DNA of 64,000 nt, taken from NCBI RefSeq assembly GCF_009914755.1, contig NC_060941.1; one strand, given 5' to 3'. A program made the translations under genes and the position numbers. The notes beneath the pieces are model-generated. The model was not told the origin of the DNA. It worked only from the letters and a program-made list of their open reading frames with translations, and searched no databases. Origin of the DNA: the human T2T-CHM13v2.0 reference genome, Homo sapiens. This document shows, piece by piece, positions 39,101 to 54,100 of this stretch (positions within the stretch are counted from its first letter, which is position 1; each line of letters opens with the position of its first letter).

Positions 39101-42100
39101 TCGTTGGAAACGGGTTAAACCGCACAGAACTAAACAGAAGCATTCTCAGAACCTTCTTCGTGATGTTTGCATTCAACTCACAGTGTTGAACCTTTCTTTG
39201 ATAGTTCAGGTTTGAAACGGTCTTTCTGCAGAAACTGCAAGTAGATATTTGGACCTCTCTGAGGATTTCGTTGGAAACGGGATAACCCGCACAGAACTAA
39301 AACAGAAGCATTCTCAGAACCCTCTTGGTGATGTTTGCATTCAACTCACAGTGCTGAACCTTTCTTTGATAGTTCAGCTTTGAAACACTCTTTTTGTAGA
39401 AAGTGCAAGTGGATATTTGGTCCTCTCTGAGGATTTCGTTGGAAACGGGATAAACTGCACAGAACTAAACAGAAGCATTCTCAGAACCTTCTTCGTGATG
39501 TCTGCATTCAACTCACAGTGTGGAACCTTTCTTTGATAGTTCAGGTTTGAAACACTCTTTTTGTAGAAACTGCAAGGGGATAATTGCACTCTTTGAGGAG
39601 TACCGTAGTAAAGGAAATAACTTCCTATAAAAAGAAGACAGAAGCTTTCTCAGAAAATTCTTTGGGATGATTGAGTTGAACTCACAGAGCTGAGCATTCC
39701 TTGCGATGTAGCAGTTTAGAAACACACTTTCTGCAGAATCTGCAAGTGCATATTTGGACCTCTGTGAGGAATTCGTTGGAAACGGGATAATTTCAGCTGA
39801 CTAAACAGAAGCAGTCTCAGAATCTTCTTTGTGATGTTTGCATTCAAATCCCCGAGTTGAACTTTCCTTTCAAAGTTCACGTTTGAAACACTCTTTTTGC
39901 AGGATCTACAAGTGGATATTTGGACCACTCTGTGTCCTTCGTTCGAAACGGGTATATCTTCACATGACATCTAGACAGAAGCATCCTCAGAAGCTTCTCT
40001 GTGATGACTGCATTCAACTCACGGAGTTGAACACTCCTTTTGAGAGCGCAGTTTTGAAACTCTCTTTCTGTGGCATCTGCAAGGGGACATGTAGACCTCT
40101 TTGAAGATTTCGTTGGAAACGGAATCATCTTCACATAAAAACTATACAGATGCATTCTCAGGAACTTTTTGGTGATGTTTGTATTCAACTCCCAGAGTTG
40201 AACTTTCCTTTGGAAAGAGCAGCTATGAAACACTGTTTTTCTAGAATCTGCAAGTGGACGTTTGGAGGGCTTTGTGGTTTGTGGTGGAAAAGGAAATATC
40301 TTCACCTAAATACTAGATAGAAGCATTCTCAGAAACTGCTTTGTGATGATTGCATTCACCTCACAGAGTTGAACATTCCTATTGATAGAGCAGTTTGGAA
40401 ACACTCTTGTTGTGGAATGTGCAAGTGGAGATTTGGAGCGCTTTGAGGCCTATGGTAGTAAAGGGAATAGCTTCATAGAAAAACTAGACAGAAGCATTCT
40501 CAGAAAATACTTTGTGATGATTGAGTTTAACTCACAGAGCTGAACATTCCTTTGGATGGAGCAGGTTTGAGACACACCTTTTGTAGAATCTACAAGTGGA
40601 TATTTGGACCTCTCTGAGGATTTCGTTGGAAACGGGATAACTGCACCTAACTAAACGGAAGCATTCTCAGAAACTTCTTGGTGATGTTTGCATTCAAATC
40701 CCAGAGTTGAACCTTCCTTTGATAGTTCAGGTTTGAAACACTCTTTTTGTAGGATCTGCAAGTGGATATTTGGACCACTCTGTGGCCTTCGTTCGAAACG
40801 GGTATATCTTCGCATAAAATCTAGACAGAAGCCTTCTCAGAAACTTCTCTGTGATGATTGCATTCAACTCACAGAGTTGAACCCTCCTATGGATAGAGCA
40901 GTGTTGAAACTCTCTTTTTGTGGAATCTGCAAGTGGATATGTGGACCTCTCCGAAGATGTCTTTGGAAACGGGAATATCTTCACATAAAAACTAAACAGA
41001 AGCATTCTCAGAAACTTCTCTGTGATGTTTGTGTTCAACTCCCAGAGTTTCACATTGCTTTTCATAGAGTAGTTCTGAAACATGCTTTTCGTAGTGTCTA
41101 CAAGTGGACATTTGGAGCGCTTTCAGGCCTGTGGTGGAAAACGAATTATGGTCACATAAAAACTGGAGAGAAGCATTGTCAGAAACTTCTTTGTGATGAT
41201 TGCATTCAACTCACAGAGTTGAAGGTTCCTTTTCAAAGAGCAGTTTCCAATCACTCTTTCTGTGGAATCTGCAAGTGGATATTTGGACCTATTTTGAAGA
41301 TTTCGTTGGAAACGGGAGAATCTTCACAGGAAAGCTAAACAGAAGCATTCTCAGAAACTTCTTTGTGATGCTTGCATTCAACTCACAGAGTTGAACTTTC
41401 CTTTCGAGAGAGAAGCTTTGAAACACTCTTTTTCCAGAATCTGCAAGTGGACATTTGGAGGGCTTTGAGGCCTGTGGTGGAAAAGGAATTATCTTCCCGT
41501 AAAAGCTAGATAGAAGCATTCTCAGAAACTACTTTGTGATGATTGCATTCAAGTCACAGAGTTGAACATTCCCTTTGACAGAGCAGTTTGGAAACTCTCT
41601 TTGTGTAGAATCTGCAAGTGGAGATATGGACCGCTTTGAGGCCTATGGTAGTAAAGGAAATAGCTTCATATAAAAGCTAGACAGTAGCATTCACAGAAAA
41701 CTCTTGGTGACGACTGAGTTTAACTCACAGAGCTGAACATTCCTTTGGATGGAGCAGTTTCGAAACACACTATTTGTAGAATGTGCAAGTGGATATTTAG
41801 GCCTCTCTGAGGATTTCGTTGGAAACGGGTTAAACCGCACAGAACTAAACAGAAGCATTCTCAGAACCTTCTTCGTGATGTTTGCATTCAACTCACAGTG
41901 TTGAACCTTTCTTTGATAGTTCAGGTTTGAAACGGTCTTTCTGCAGAAACTGCAAGTAGATATTTGGACCTCTCTGAGGATTTCGTTGGAAACGGGATAA
42001 CCCGCACAGAACTAAAACAGAAGCATTCTCAGAACCCTCTTGGTGATGTTTGCATTCAACTCACAGTGCTGAACCTTTCTTTGATAGTTCAGCTTTGAAA

Positions 42101-45100
42101 CACTCTTTTTGTAGAAAGTGCAAGTGGATATTTGGTCCTCTCTGAGGATTTCGTTGGAAACGGGATAAACTGCACAGAACTAAACAGAAGCATTCTCAGA
42201 ACCTTCTTCGTGATGTCTGCATTCAACTCACAGTGTGGAACCTTTCTTTGATAGTTCAGGTTTGAAACACTCTTTTTGTAGAAACTGCAAGGGGATAATT
42301 GCACTCTTTGAGGAGTACCGTAGTAAAGGAAATAACTTCCTATAAAAAGAAGACAGAAGCTTTCTCAGAAAATTCTTTGGGATGATTGAGTTGAACTCAC
42401 AGAGCTGAGCATTCCTTGCGATGTAGCAGTTTAGAAACACACTTTCTGCAGAATCTGCAAGTGCATATTTGGACCTCTGTGAGGAATTCGTTGGAAACGG
42501 GATAATTTCAGCTGACTAAACAGAAGCAGTCTCAGAATCTTCTTTGTGATGTTTGCATTCAAATCCCCGAGTTGAACTTTCCTTTCAAAGTTCACGTTTG
42601 AAACACTCTTTTTGCAGGATCTACAAGTGGATATTTGGACCACTCTGTGTCCTTCGTTCGAAACGGGTATATCTTCACATGACATCTAGACAGAAGCATC
42701 CTCAGAAGCTTCTCTGTGATGACTGCATTCAACTCACGGAGTTGAACACTCCTTTTGAGAGCGCAGTTTTGAAACTCTCTTTCTGTGGCATCTGCAAGGG
42801 GACATGTAGACCTCTTTGAAGATTTCGTTGGAAACGGAATCATCTTCACATAAAAACTATACAGATGCATTCTCAGGAACTTTTTGGTGATGTTTGTATT
42901 CAACTCCCAGAGTTGAACTTTCCTTTGGAAAGAGCAGCTATGAAACACTGTTTTTCTAGAATCTGCAAGTGGACGTTTGGAGGGCTTTGTGGTTTGTGGT
43001 GGAAAAGGAAATATCTTCACCTAAATACTAGATAGAAGCATTCTCAGAAACTGCTTTGTGATGATTGCATTCACCTCACAGAGTTGAACATTCCTATTGA
43101 TAGAGCAGTTTGGAAACACTCTTGTTGTGGAATGTGCAAGTGGAGATTTGGAGCGCTTTGAGGCCTATGGTAGTAAAGGGAATAGCTTCATAGAAAAACT
43201 AGACAGAAGCATTCTCAGAAAATACTTTGTGATGATTGAGTTTAACTCACAGAGCTGAACATTCCTTTGGATGGAGCAGGTTTGAGACACACCTTTTGTA
43301 GAATCTACAAGTGGATATTTGGACCTCTCTGAGGATTTCGTTGGAAACGGGATAACTGCACCTAACTAAACGGAAGCATTCTCAGAAACTTCTTGGTGAT
43401 GTTTGCATTCAAATCCCAGAGTTGAACCTTCCTTTGATAGTTCAGGTTTGAAACACTCTTTTTGTAGGATCTGCAAGTGGATATTTGGACCACTCTGTGG
43501 CCTTCGTTCGAAACGGGTATATCTTCGCATAAAATCTAGACAGAAGCCTTCTCAGAAACTTCTCTGTGATGATTGCATTCAACTCACAGAGTTGAACCCT
43601 CCTATGGATAGAGCAGTGTTGAAACTCTCTTTTTGTGGAATCTGCAAGTGGATATGTGGACCTCTCCGAAGATGTCTTTGGAAACGGGAATATCTTCACA
43701 TAAAAACTAAACAGAAGCATTCTCAGAAACTTCTCTGTGATGTTTGTGTTCAACTCCCAGAGTTTCACATTGCTTTTCATAGAGTAGTTCTGAAACATGC
43801 TTTTCGTAGTGTCTACAAGTGGACATTTGGAGCGCTTTCAGGCCTGTGGTGGAAAACGAATTATGGTCACATAAAAACTGGAGAGAAGCATTGTCAGAAA
43901 CTTCTTTGTGATGATTGCATTCAACTCACAGAGTTGAAGGTTCCTTTTCAAAGAGCAGTTTCCAATCACTCTTTCTGTGGAATCTGCAAGTGGATATTTG
44001 GACCTATTTTGAAGATTTCGTTGGAAACGGGAGAATCTTCACAGGAAAGCTAAACAGAAGCATTCTCAGAAACTTCTTTGTGATGCTTGCATTCAACTCA
44101 CAGAGTTGAACTTTCCTTTCGAGAGAGAAGCTTTGAAACACTCTTTTTCCAGAATCTGCAAGTGGACATTTGGAGGGCTTTGAGGCCTGTGGTGGAAAAG
44201 GAATTATCTTCCCGTAAAAGCTAGATAGAAGCATTCTCAGAAACTACTTTGTGATGATTGCATTCAAGTCACAGAGTTGAACATTCCCTTTGACAGAGCA
44301 GTTTGGAAACTCTCTTTGTGTAGAATCTGCAAGTGGAGATATGGACCGCTTTGAGGCCTATGGTAGTAAAGGAAATAGCTTCATATAAAAGCTAGACAGT
44401 AGCATTCACAGAAAACTCTTGGTGACGACTGAGTTTAACTCACAGAGCTGAACATTCCTTTGGATGGAGCAGTTTCGAAACACACTATTTGTAGAATGTG
44501 CAAGTGGATATTTAGGCCTCTCTGAGGATTTCGTTGGAAACGGGTTAAACCGCACAGAACTAAACAGAAGCATTCTCAGAACCTTCTTCGTGATGTTTGC
44601 ATTCAACTCACAGTGTTGAACCTTTCTTTGATAGTTCAGGTTTGAAACGGTCTTTCTGCAGAAACTGCAAGTAGATATTTGGACCGCTCTGAGGATTTCG
44701 TTGGAAACGGGATAACCCGCACAGAACTAAAACAGAAGCATTCTCAGAACCCTCTTCGTGATGTTTGCATTCAACTCACAGTGCTGAACCTTTCTTTGAT
44801 AGTTCAGCTTTGAAACACTCTTTTTGTAGAAAGTGCAAGTGGATATTTGGTCCTCTCTGAGGATTTCGTTGGAAACGGGATAAACTGCACAGAACTAAAC
44901 AGAAGCATTCTCAGAACCTTCTTCGTGATGTCTGCATTCAACTCACAGTGTGGAACCTTTCTTTGATAGTTCAGGTTTGAAACACTCTTTTTGTAGAAAC
45001 TGCAAGGGGATAATTGCACTCTTTGAGGAGTACCGTAGTAAAGGAAATAACTTCCTATAAAAAGAAGACAGAAGCTTTCTCAGAAAATTCTTTGGGATGA

Positions 45101-48100
45101 TTGAGTTGAACTCACAGAGCTGAGCATTCCTTGCGATGTAGCAGTTTAGAAACACACTTTCTGCAGAATCTGCAAGTGCATATTTGGACCTCTGTGAGGA
45201 ATTCGTTGGAAACGGGATAATTTCAGCTGACTAAACAGAAGCAGTCTCAGAATCTTCTTTGTGATGTTTGCATTCAAATCCCCGAGTTGAACTTTCCTTT
45301 CAAAGTTCACGTTTGAAACACTCTTTTTGCAGGATCTACAAGTGGATATTTGGACCACTCTGTGTCCTTCGTTCGAAACGGGTATATCTTCACATGACAT
45401 CTAGACAGAAGCATCCTCAGAAGCTTCTCTGTGATGACTGCATTCAACTCACGGAGTTGAACACTCCTTTTGAGAGCGCAGTTTTGAAACTCTCTTTCTG
45501 TGGCATCTGCAAGGGGACATGTAGACCTCTTTGAAGATTTCGTTGGAAACGGAATCATCTTCACATAAAAACTATACAGATGCATTCTCAGGAACTTTTT
45601 GGTGATGTTTGTATTCAACTCCCAGAGTTGAACTTTCCTTTGGAAAGAGCAGCTATGAAACACTGTTTTTCTAGAATCTGCAAGTGGACGTTTGGAGGGC
45701 TTTGTGGTTTGTGGTGGAAAAGGAAATATCTTCACCTAAATACTAGATAGAAGCATTCTCAGAAACTGCTTTGTGATGATTGCATTCACCTCACAGAGTT
45801 GAACATTCCTATTGATAGAGCAGTTTGGAAACACTCTTGTTGTGGAATGTGCAAGTGGAGATTTGGAGCGCTTTGAGGCCTATGGTAGTAAAGGGAATAG
45901 CTTCATAGAAAAACTAGACAGAAGCATTCTCAGAAAATACTTTGTGATGATTGAGTTTAACTCACAGAGCTGAACATTCCTTTGGATGGAGCAGGTTTGA
46001 GACACACTTTTTGTAGAATCTACAAGTGGATATTTGGACCTCTCTGAGGATTTCGTTGGAAACGGGATAACTGCACCTAACTAAACGGAAGCATTCTCAG
46101 AAACTTCTTGGTGATGTTTGCATTCAAATCCCAGAGTTGAACCTTCCTTTGATAGTTCAGGTTTGAAACACTCTTTTTGTAGGATCTGCAAGTGGATATT
46201 TGGACCACTCTGTGGCCTTCGTTCGAAACGGGTATATCTTCGCATAAAATCTAGACAGAAGCCTTCTCAGAAACTTCTCTGTGATGATTGCATTCAACTC
46301 ACAGAGTTGAACCCTCCTATGGATAGAGCAGTGTTGAAACTCTCTTTTTGTGGAATCTGCAAGTGGATATGTGGACCTCTCCGAAGATGTCTTTGGAAAC
46401 GGGAATATCTTCACATAAAAACTAAACAGAAGCATTCTCAGAAACTTCTCTGTGATGTTTGTGTTCAACTCCCAGAGTTTCACATTGCTTTTCATAGAGT
46501 AGTTCTGAAACATGCTTTTCGTAGTGTCTACAAGTGGACATTTGGAGCGCTTTCAGGCCTGTGGTGGAAAACGAATTATGGTCACATAAAAACTGGAGAG
46601 AAGCATTGTCAGAAACTTCTTTGTGATGATTGCATTCAACTCACAGAGTTGAAGGTTCCTTTTCAAAGAGCAGTTTCCAATCACTCTTTGTGTGGAATCT
46701 GCAAGTGGATATTTGGACCTATTTTGAAGATTTCGTTGGAAACGGGAGAATCTTCACAGGAAAGCTAAACAGAAGCATTCTCAGAAACTTCTTTGTGATG
46801 CTTGCATTCAACTCACAGAGTTGAACTTTCCTTTCGAGAGAGAAGCTTTGAAACACTCTTTTTCCAGAATCTGCAAGTGGACATTTGGAGGGCTTTGAGG
46901 CCTGTGGTGGAAAAGGAATTATCTTCCCGTAAAAGCTAGATAGAAGCATTCTCAGAAACTACTTTGTGATGATTGCATTCAAGTCACAGAGTTGAACATT
47001 CCCTTTGACAGAGCAGTTTGGAAACTCTCTTTGTGTAGAATCTGCAAGTGGAGATATGGACCGCTTTGAGGCCTATGGTAGTAAAGGAAATAGCTTCATA
47101 TAAAAGCTAGACAGTAGCATTCACAGAAAACTCTTGGTGACGACTGAGTTTAACTCACAGAGCTGAACATTTCTTTGGATGGAGCAGTTTCGAAACACAC
47201 TATTTGTAGAATGTGCAAGTGGATATTTAGGCCTCTCTGAGGATTTCGTTGGAAACGGGATAAACCGCACAGAACTAAACAGAAGCATTCTCAGAACCTT
47301 CTTCGTGATGTTTGCATTCAACTCACAGTGTTGAACCTTTCTTTGATAGTTCAGGTTTGAAACGGTCTTTCTGTAGAAACTGCAAGTAGATATTTGGACC
47401 TCTCTGAGGATTTCGTTGGAAACGGGATAACCCGCACAGAACTAAAACAGAAGCATTCTCAGAACCCTCTTCGTGATGTTTGCATTCAACTCACAGTGCT
47501 GAACCTTTCTTTGATAGTTCAGCTTTGAAACACTCTTTTTGTAGAAAGTGCAAGTGGATATTTGGTCCTCTCTGAGGATTTCGTTGGAAACGGGATAAAC
47601 TGCACAGAACTAAACAGAAGCATTCTCAGAACCTTCTTCGTGATGTCTGCATTCAACTCACAGTGTGGAACCTTTCTTTGATAGTTCAGGTTTGAAACAC
47701 TCTTTTTGTAGAAACTGCAAGGGGATAATTGCACTCTTTGAGGAGTACCGTAGTAAAGGAAATAACTTCCTATAAAAAGAAGACAGAAGATTTCTCAGAA
47801 AATTCTTTGGGATGATTGAGTTGAACTCACAGAGCTGAGCATTCCTTGCGATGTAGCAGTTTAGAAACACACTTTCTGCAGAATCTGCAAGTGCATATTT
47901 GGACCTCTGTGAGGAATTCGTTGGAAACGGGATAATTTCAGCTGACTAAACAGAAGCAGTCTCAGAATCTTCTTTGTGATGTTTGCATTCAAATCCCCGA
48001 GTTGAACTTTCCTTTCAAAGTTCACGTTTGAAACACTCTTTTTGCAGGATCTACAAGTGGATATTTGGACCACTCTGTGTCCTTCGTTCGAAACGGGTAT

Positions 48101-51100
48101 ATCTTCACATGACATCTAGACAGAAGCATCCTCAGAAGCTTCTCTGTGATGACTGCATTCAACTCACGGAGTTGAACACTCCTTTTGAGAGCGCAGTTTT
48201 GAAACTCTCTTTCTGTGGCATCTGCAAGGGGACATGTAGACCTCTTTGAAGATTTCGTTGGAAACGGAATCATCTTCACATAAAAACTATACAGATGCAT
48301 TCTCAGGAACTTTTTGGTGATGTTTGTATTCAACTCCCAGAGTTGAACTTTCCTTTGGAAAGAGCAGCTATGAAACACTGTTTTTCTAGAATCTGCAAGT
48401 GGACGTTTGGAGGGCTTTGTGGTTTGTGGTGGAAAAGGAAATATCTTCACCTAAATACTAGATAGAAGCATTCTCAGAAACTGCTTTGTGATGATTGCAT
48501 TCACCTCACAGAGTTGAACATTCCTATTGATAGAGCAGTTTGGAAACACTCTTGTTGTGGAATGTGCAAGTGGAGATTTGGAGCGCTTTGAGGCCTATGG
48601 TAGTAAAGGGAATAGCTTCATAGAAAAACTAGACAGAAGCATTCTCAGAAAATACTTTGTGATGATTGAGTTTAACTCACAGAGCTGAACATTCCTTTGG
48701 ATGGAGCAGGTTTGAGACACACCTTTTGTAGAATCTACAAGTGGATATTTGGACCTCTCTGAGGATTTCGTTGGAAACGGGATAACTGCACCTAACTAAA
48801 CGGAAGCATTCTCAGAAACTTCTTGGTGATGTTTGCATTCAAATCCCAGAGTTGAACCTTCCTTTGATAGTTCAGGTTTGAAACACTCTTTTTGTAGGAT
48901 CTGCAAGTGGATATTTGGACCACTCTGTGGCCTTCGTTCGAAACGGGTATATCTTCGCATAAAATCTAGACAGAAGCCTTCTCAGAAACTTCTCTGTGAT
49001 GATTGCATTCAACTCACAGAGTTGAACCCTCCTATGGATAGAGCAGTGTTGAAACTCTCTTTTTGTGGAATCTGCAAGTGGATATGTGGACCTCTCCGAA
49101 GATGTCTTTGGAAACGGGAATATCTTCACATAAAAACTAAACAGAAGCATTCTCAGAAACTTCTCTGTGATGTTTGTGTTCAACTCCCAGAGTTTCACAT
49201 TGCTTTTCATAGAGTAGTTCTGAAACATGCTTTTCGTAGTGTCTACAAGTGGACATTTGGAGCGCTTTCAGGCCTGTGGTGGAAAACGAATTATGGTCAC
49301 ATAAAAACTGGAGAGAAGCATTGTCAGAAACTTCTTTGTGATGATTGCATTCAACTCACAGAGTTGAAGGTTCCTTTTCAAAGAGCAGTTTCCAATCACT
49401 CTTTCTGTGGAATCTGCAAGTGGATATTTGGACCTATTTTGAAGATTTCGTTGGAAACGGGAGAATCTTCACAGGAAAGCTAAACAGAAGCATTCTCAGA
49501 AACTTCTTTGTGATGCTTGCATTCAACTCACAGAGTTGAACTTTCCTTTCGAGAGAGAAGCTTTGAAACACTCTTTTTCCAGAATCTGCAAGTGGACATT
49601 TGGAGGGCTTTGAGGCCTGTGGTGGAAAAGGAATTATCTTCCCGTAAAAGCTAGATAGAAGCATTCTCAGAAACTACTTTGTGATGATTGCATTCAAGTC
49701 ACAGAGTTGAACATTCCCTTTGACAGAGCAGTTTGGAAACTCTCTTTGTGTAGAATCTGCAAGTGGAGATATGGACCGCTTTGAGGCCTATGGTAGTAAA
49801 GGAAATAGCTTCATATAAAAGCTAGACAGTAGCATTCACAGAAAACTCTTGGTGACGACTGAGTTTAACTCACAGAGCTGAACATTCCTTTGGATGGAGC
49901 AGTTTCGAAACACACTATTTGTAGAATGTGCAAGTGGATATTTAGGCCTCTCTGAGGATTTCGTTGGAAACGGGTTAAACCGCACAGAACTAAACAGAAG
50001 CATTCTCAGAACCTTCTTCATGATGTTTGCATTCAACTCACAGTGTTGAACCTTTCTTTGATAGTTCAGGTTTGAAACGGTCTTTCTGCAGAAACTGCAA
50101 GTAGATATTTGGACCTCTCTGAGGATTTCGTTGGAAACGGGATAACCCGCACAGAACTAAAACAGAAGCATTCTCAGAACCCTCTTGGTGATGTTTGCAT
50201 TCAACTCACAGTGCTGAACCTTTCTTTGATAGTTCAGCTTTGAAACACTCTTTTTGTAGAAAGTGCAAGTGGATATTTGGTCCTCTCTGAGGATTTCGTT
50301 GGAAACGGGATAAACTGCACAGAACTAAACAGAAGCATTCTCAGAACCTTCTTCGTGATGTCTGCATTCAACTCACAGTGTGGAACCTTTCTTTGATAGT
50401 TCAGGTTTGAAACACTCTTTTTGTAGAAACTGCAAGGGGATAATTGCACTCTTTGAGGAGTACCGTAGTAAAGGAAATAACTTCCTATAAAAAGAAGACA
50501 GAAGCTTTCTCAGAAAATTCTTTGGGATGATTGAGTTGAACTCACAGAGCTGAGCATTCCTTGCGATGTAGCAGTTTAGAAACACACTTTCTGCAGAATC
50601 TGCAAGTGCATATTTGGACCTCTGTGAGGAATTCGTTGGAAACGGGATAATTTCAGCTGACTAAACAGAAGCAGTCTCAGAATCTTCTTTGTGATGTTTG
50701 CATTCAAATCCCCGAGTTGAACTTTCCTTTCAAAGTTCACGTTTGAAACACTCTTTTTGCAGGATCTACAAGTGGATATTTGGACCACTCTGTGTCCTTC
50801 GTTCGAAACGGGTATATCTTCACATGACATCTAGACAGAAGCATCCTCAGAAGCTTCTCTGTGATGACTGCATTCAACTCACGGAGTTGAACACTCCTTT
50901 TGAGAGCGCAGTTTTGAAACTCTCTTTCTGTGGCATCTGCAAGGGGACATGTAGACCTCTTTGAAGATTTCGTTGGAAACGGAATCATCTTCACATAAAA
51001 ACTATACAGATGCATTCTCAGGAACTTTTTGGTGATGTTTGTATTCAACTCCCAGAGTTGAACTTTCCTTTGGAAAGAGCAGCTATGAAACACTGTTTTT

Positions 51101-54100
51101 CTAGAATCTGCAAGTGGACGTTTGGAGGGCTTTGTGGTTTGTGGTGGAAAAGGAAATATCTTCACCTAAATACTAGATAGAAGCATTCTCAGAAACTGCT
51201 TTGTGATGATTGCATTCACCTCACAGAGTTGAACATTCCTATTGATAGAGCAGTTTGGAAACACTCTTGTTGTGGAATGTGCAAGTGGAGATTTGGAGCG
51301 CTTTGAGGCCTATGGTAGTAAAGGGAATAGCTTCATAGAAAAACTAGACAGAAGCATTCTCAGAAAATACTTTGTGATGATTGAGTTTAACTCACAGAGC
51401 TGAACATTCCTTTGGATGGAGCAGGTTTGAGACACACTTTTTGTAGAATCTACAAGTGGATATTTGGACCTCTCTGAGGATTTCGTTGGAAACGGGATAA
51501 CTGCACCTAACTAAACGGAAGCATTCTCAGAAACTTCTTGGTGATGTTTGCATTCAAATCCCAGAGTTGAACCTTCCTTTGATAGTTCAGGTTTGAAACA
51601 CTCTTTTTGTAGGATCTGCAAGTGGATATTTGGACCACTCTGTGGCCTTCGTTCGAAACGGGTATATCTTCGCATAAAATCTAGACAGAAGCCTTCTCAG
51701 AAACTTCTCTGTGATGATTGCATTCAACTCACAGAGTTGAACCCTCCTATGGATAGAGCAGTGTTGAAACTCTCTTTTTGTGGAATCTGCAAGTGGATAT
51801 GTGGACCTCTCCGAAGATGTCTTTGGAAACGGGAATATCTTCACATAAAAACTAAACAGAAGCATTCTCAGAAACTTCTCTGTGATGTTTGTGTTCAACT
51901 CCCAGAGTTTCACATTGCTTTTCATAGAGTAGTTCTGAAACATGCTTTTCGTAGTGTCTACAAGTGGACATTTGGAGCGCTTTCAGGCCTGTGGTGGAAA
52001 ACGAATTATGGTCACATAAAAACTGGAGAGAAGCATTGTCAGAAACTTCTTTGTGATGATTGCATTCAACTCACAGAGTTGAAGGTTCCTTTTCAAAGAG
52101 CAGTTTCCAATCACTCTTTGTGTGGAATCTGCAAGTGGATATTTGGACCTATTTTGAAGATTTCGTTGGAAACGGGAGAATCTTCACAGGAAAGCTAAAC
52201 AGAAGCATTCTCAGAAACTTCTTTGTGATGCTTGCATTCAACTCACAGAGTTGAACTTTCCTTTCGAGAGAGAAGCTTTGAAACACTCTTTTTCCAGAAT
52301 CTGCAAGTGGACATTTGGAGGGCTTTGAGGCCTGTGGTGGAAAAGGAATTATCTTCCCGTAAAAGCTAGATAGAAGCATTCTCAGAAACTACTTTGTGAT
52401 GATTGCATTCAAGTCACAGAGTTGAACATTCCCTTTGACAGAGCAGTTTGGAAACTCTCTTTGTGTAGAATCTGCAAGTGGAGATATGGACCGCTTTGAG
52501 GCCTATGGTAGTAAAGGAAATAGCTTCATATAAAAGCTAGACAGTAGCATTCACAGAAAACTCTTGGTGACGACTGAGTTTAACTCACAGAGCTGAACAT
52601 TTCTTTGGATGGAGCAGTTTCGAAACACACTATTTGTAGAATGTGCAAGTGGATATTTAGGCCTCTCTGAGGATTTCGTTGGAAACGGGATAAACCGCAC
52701 AGAACTAAACAGAAGCATTCTCAGAACCTTCTTCGTGATGTTTGCATTCAACTCACAGTGTTGAACCTTTCTTTGATAGTTCAGGTTTGAAACGGTCTTT
52801 CTGTAGAAACTGCAAGTAGATATTTGGACCTCTCTGAGGATTTCGTTGGAAACGGGATAACCCGCACAGAACAAAAACAGAAGCATTCTCAGAACCCTCT
52901 TCGTGATGTTTGCATTCAACTCACAGTGCTGAACCTTTCTTTGATAGTTCAGCTTTGAAACACTCTTTTTGTAGAAAGTGCAAGTGGATATTTGGTCCTC
53001 TCTGAGGATTTCGTTGGAAACGGGATAAACTGCACAGAACTAAACAGAAGCATTCTCAGAACCTTCTTCGTGATGTCTGCATTCAACTCACAGTGTGGAA
53101 CCTTTCTTTGATAGTTCAGGTTTGAAACACTCTTTTTGTAGAAACTGCAAGGGGATAATTGCACTCTTTGAGGAGTACCGTAGTAAAGGAAATAACTTCC
53201 TATAAAAAGAAGACAGAAGATTTCTCAGAAAATTCTTTGGGATGATTGAGTTGAACTCACAGAGCTGAGCATTCCTTGCGATGTAGCAGTTTAGAAACAC
53301 ACTTTCTGCAGAATCTGCAAGTGCATATTTGGACCTCTGTGAGGAATTCGTTGGAAACGGGATAATTTCAGCTGACTAAACAGAAGCAGTCTCAGAATCT
53401 TCTTTGTGATGTTTGCATTCAAATCCCCGAGTTGAACTTTCCTTTCAAAGTTCACGTTTGAAACACTCTTTTTGCAGGATCTACAAGTGGATATTTGGAC
53501 CACTCTGTGTCCTTCGTTCGAAACGGGTATATCTTCACATGACATCTAGACAGAAGCATCCTCAGAAGCTTCTCTGTGATGACTGCATTCAACTCACGGA
53601 GTTGAACACTCCTTTTGAGAGCGCAGTTTTGAAACTCTCTTTCTGTGGCATCTGCAAGGGGACATGTAGACCTCTTTGAAGATTTCGTTGGAAACGGAAT
53701 CATCTTCACATAAAAACTATACAGATGCATTCTCAGGAACTTTTTGGTGATGTTTGTATTCAACTCCCAGAGTTGAACTTTCCTTTGGAAAGAGCAGCTA
53801 TGAAACACTGTTTTTCTAGAATCTGCAAGTGGACGTTTGGAGGGCTTTGTGGTTTGTGGTGGAAAAGGAAATATCTTCACCTAAATACTAGATAGAAGCA
53901 TTCTCAGAAACTGCTTTGTGATGATTGCATTCACCTCACAGAGTTGAACATTCCTATTGATAGAGCAGTTTGGAAACACTCTTGTTGTGGAATGTGCAAG
54001 TGGAGATTTGGAGCGCTTTGAGGCCTATGGTAGTAAAGGGAATAGCTTCATAGAAAAACTAGACAGAAGCATTCTCAGAAAATACTTTGTGATGATTGAG

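Noticed and set aside
52551-52919. Longer 122-aa ORF unique to copy 20
   Set aside because: Caused by one substitution (52873 T>A) that removes a stop codon; incidental.
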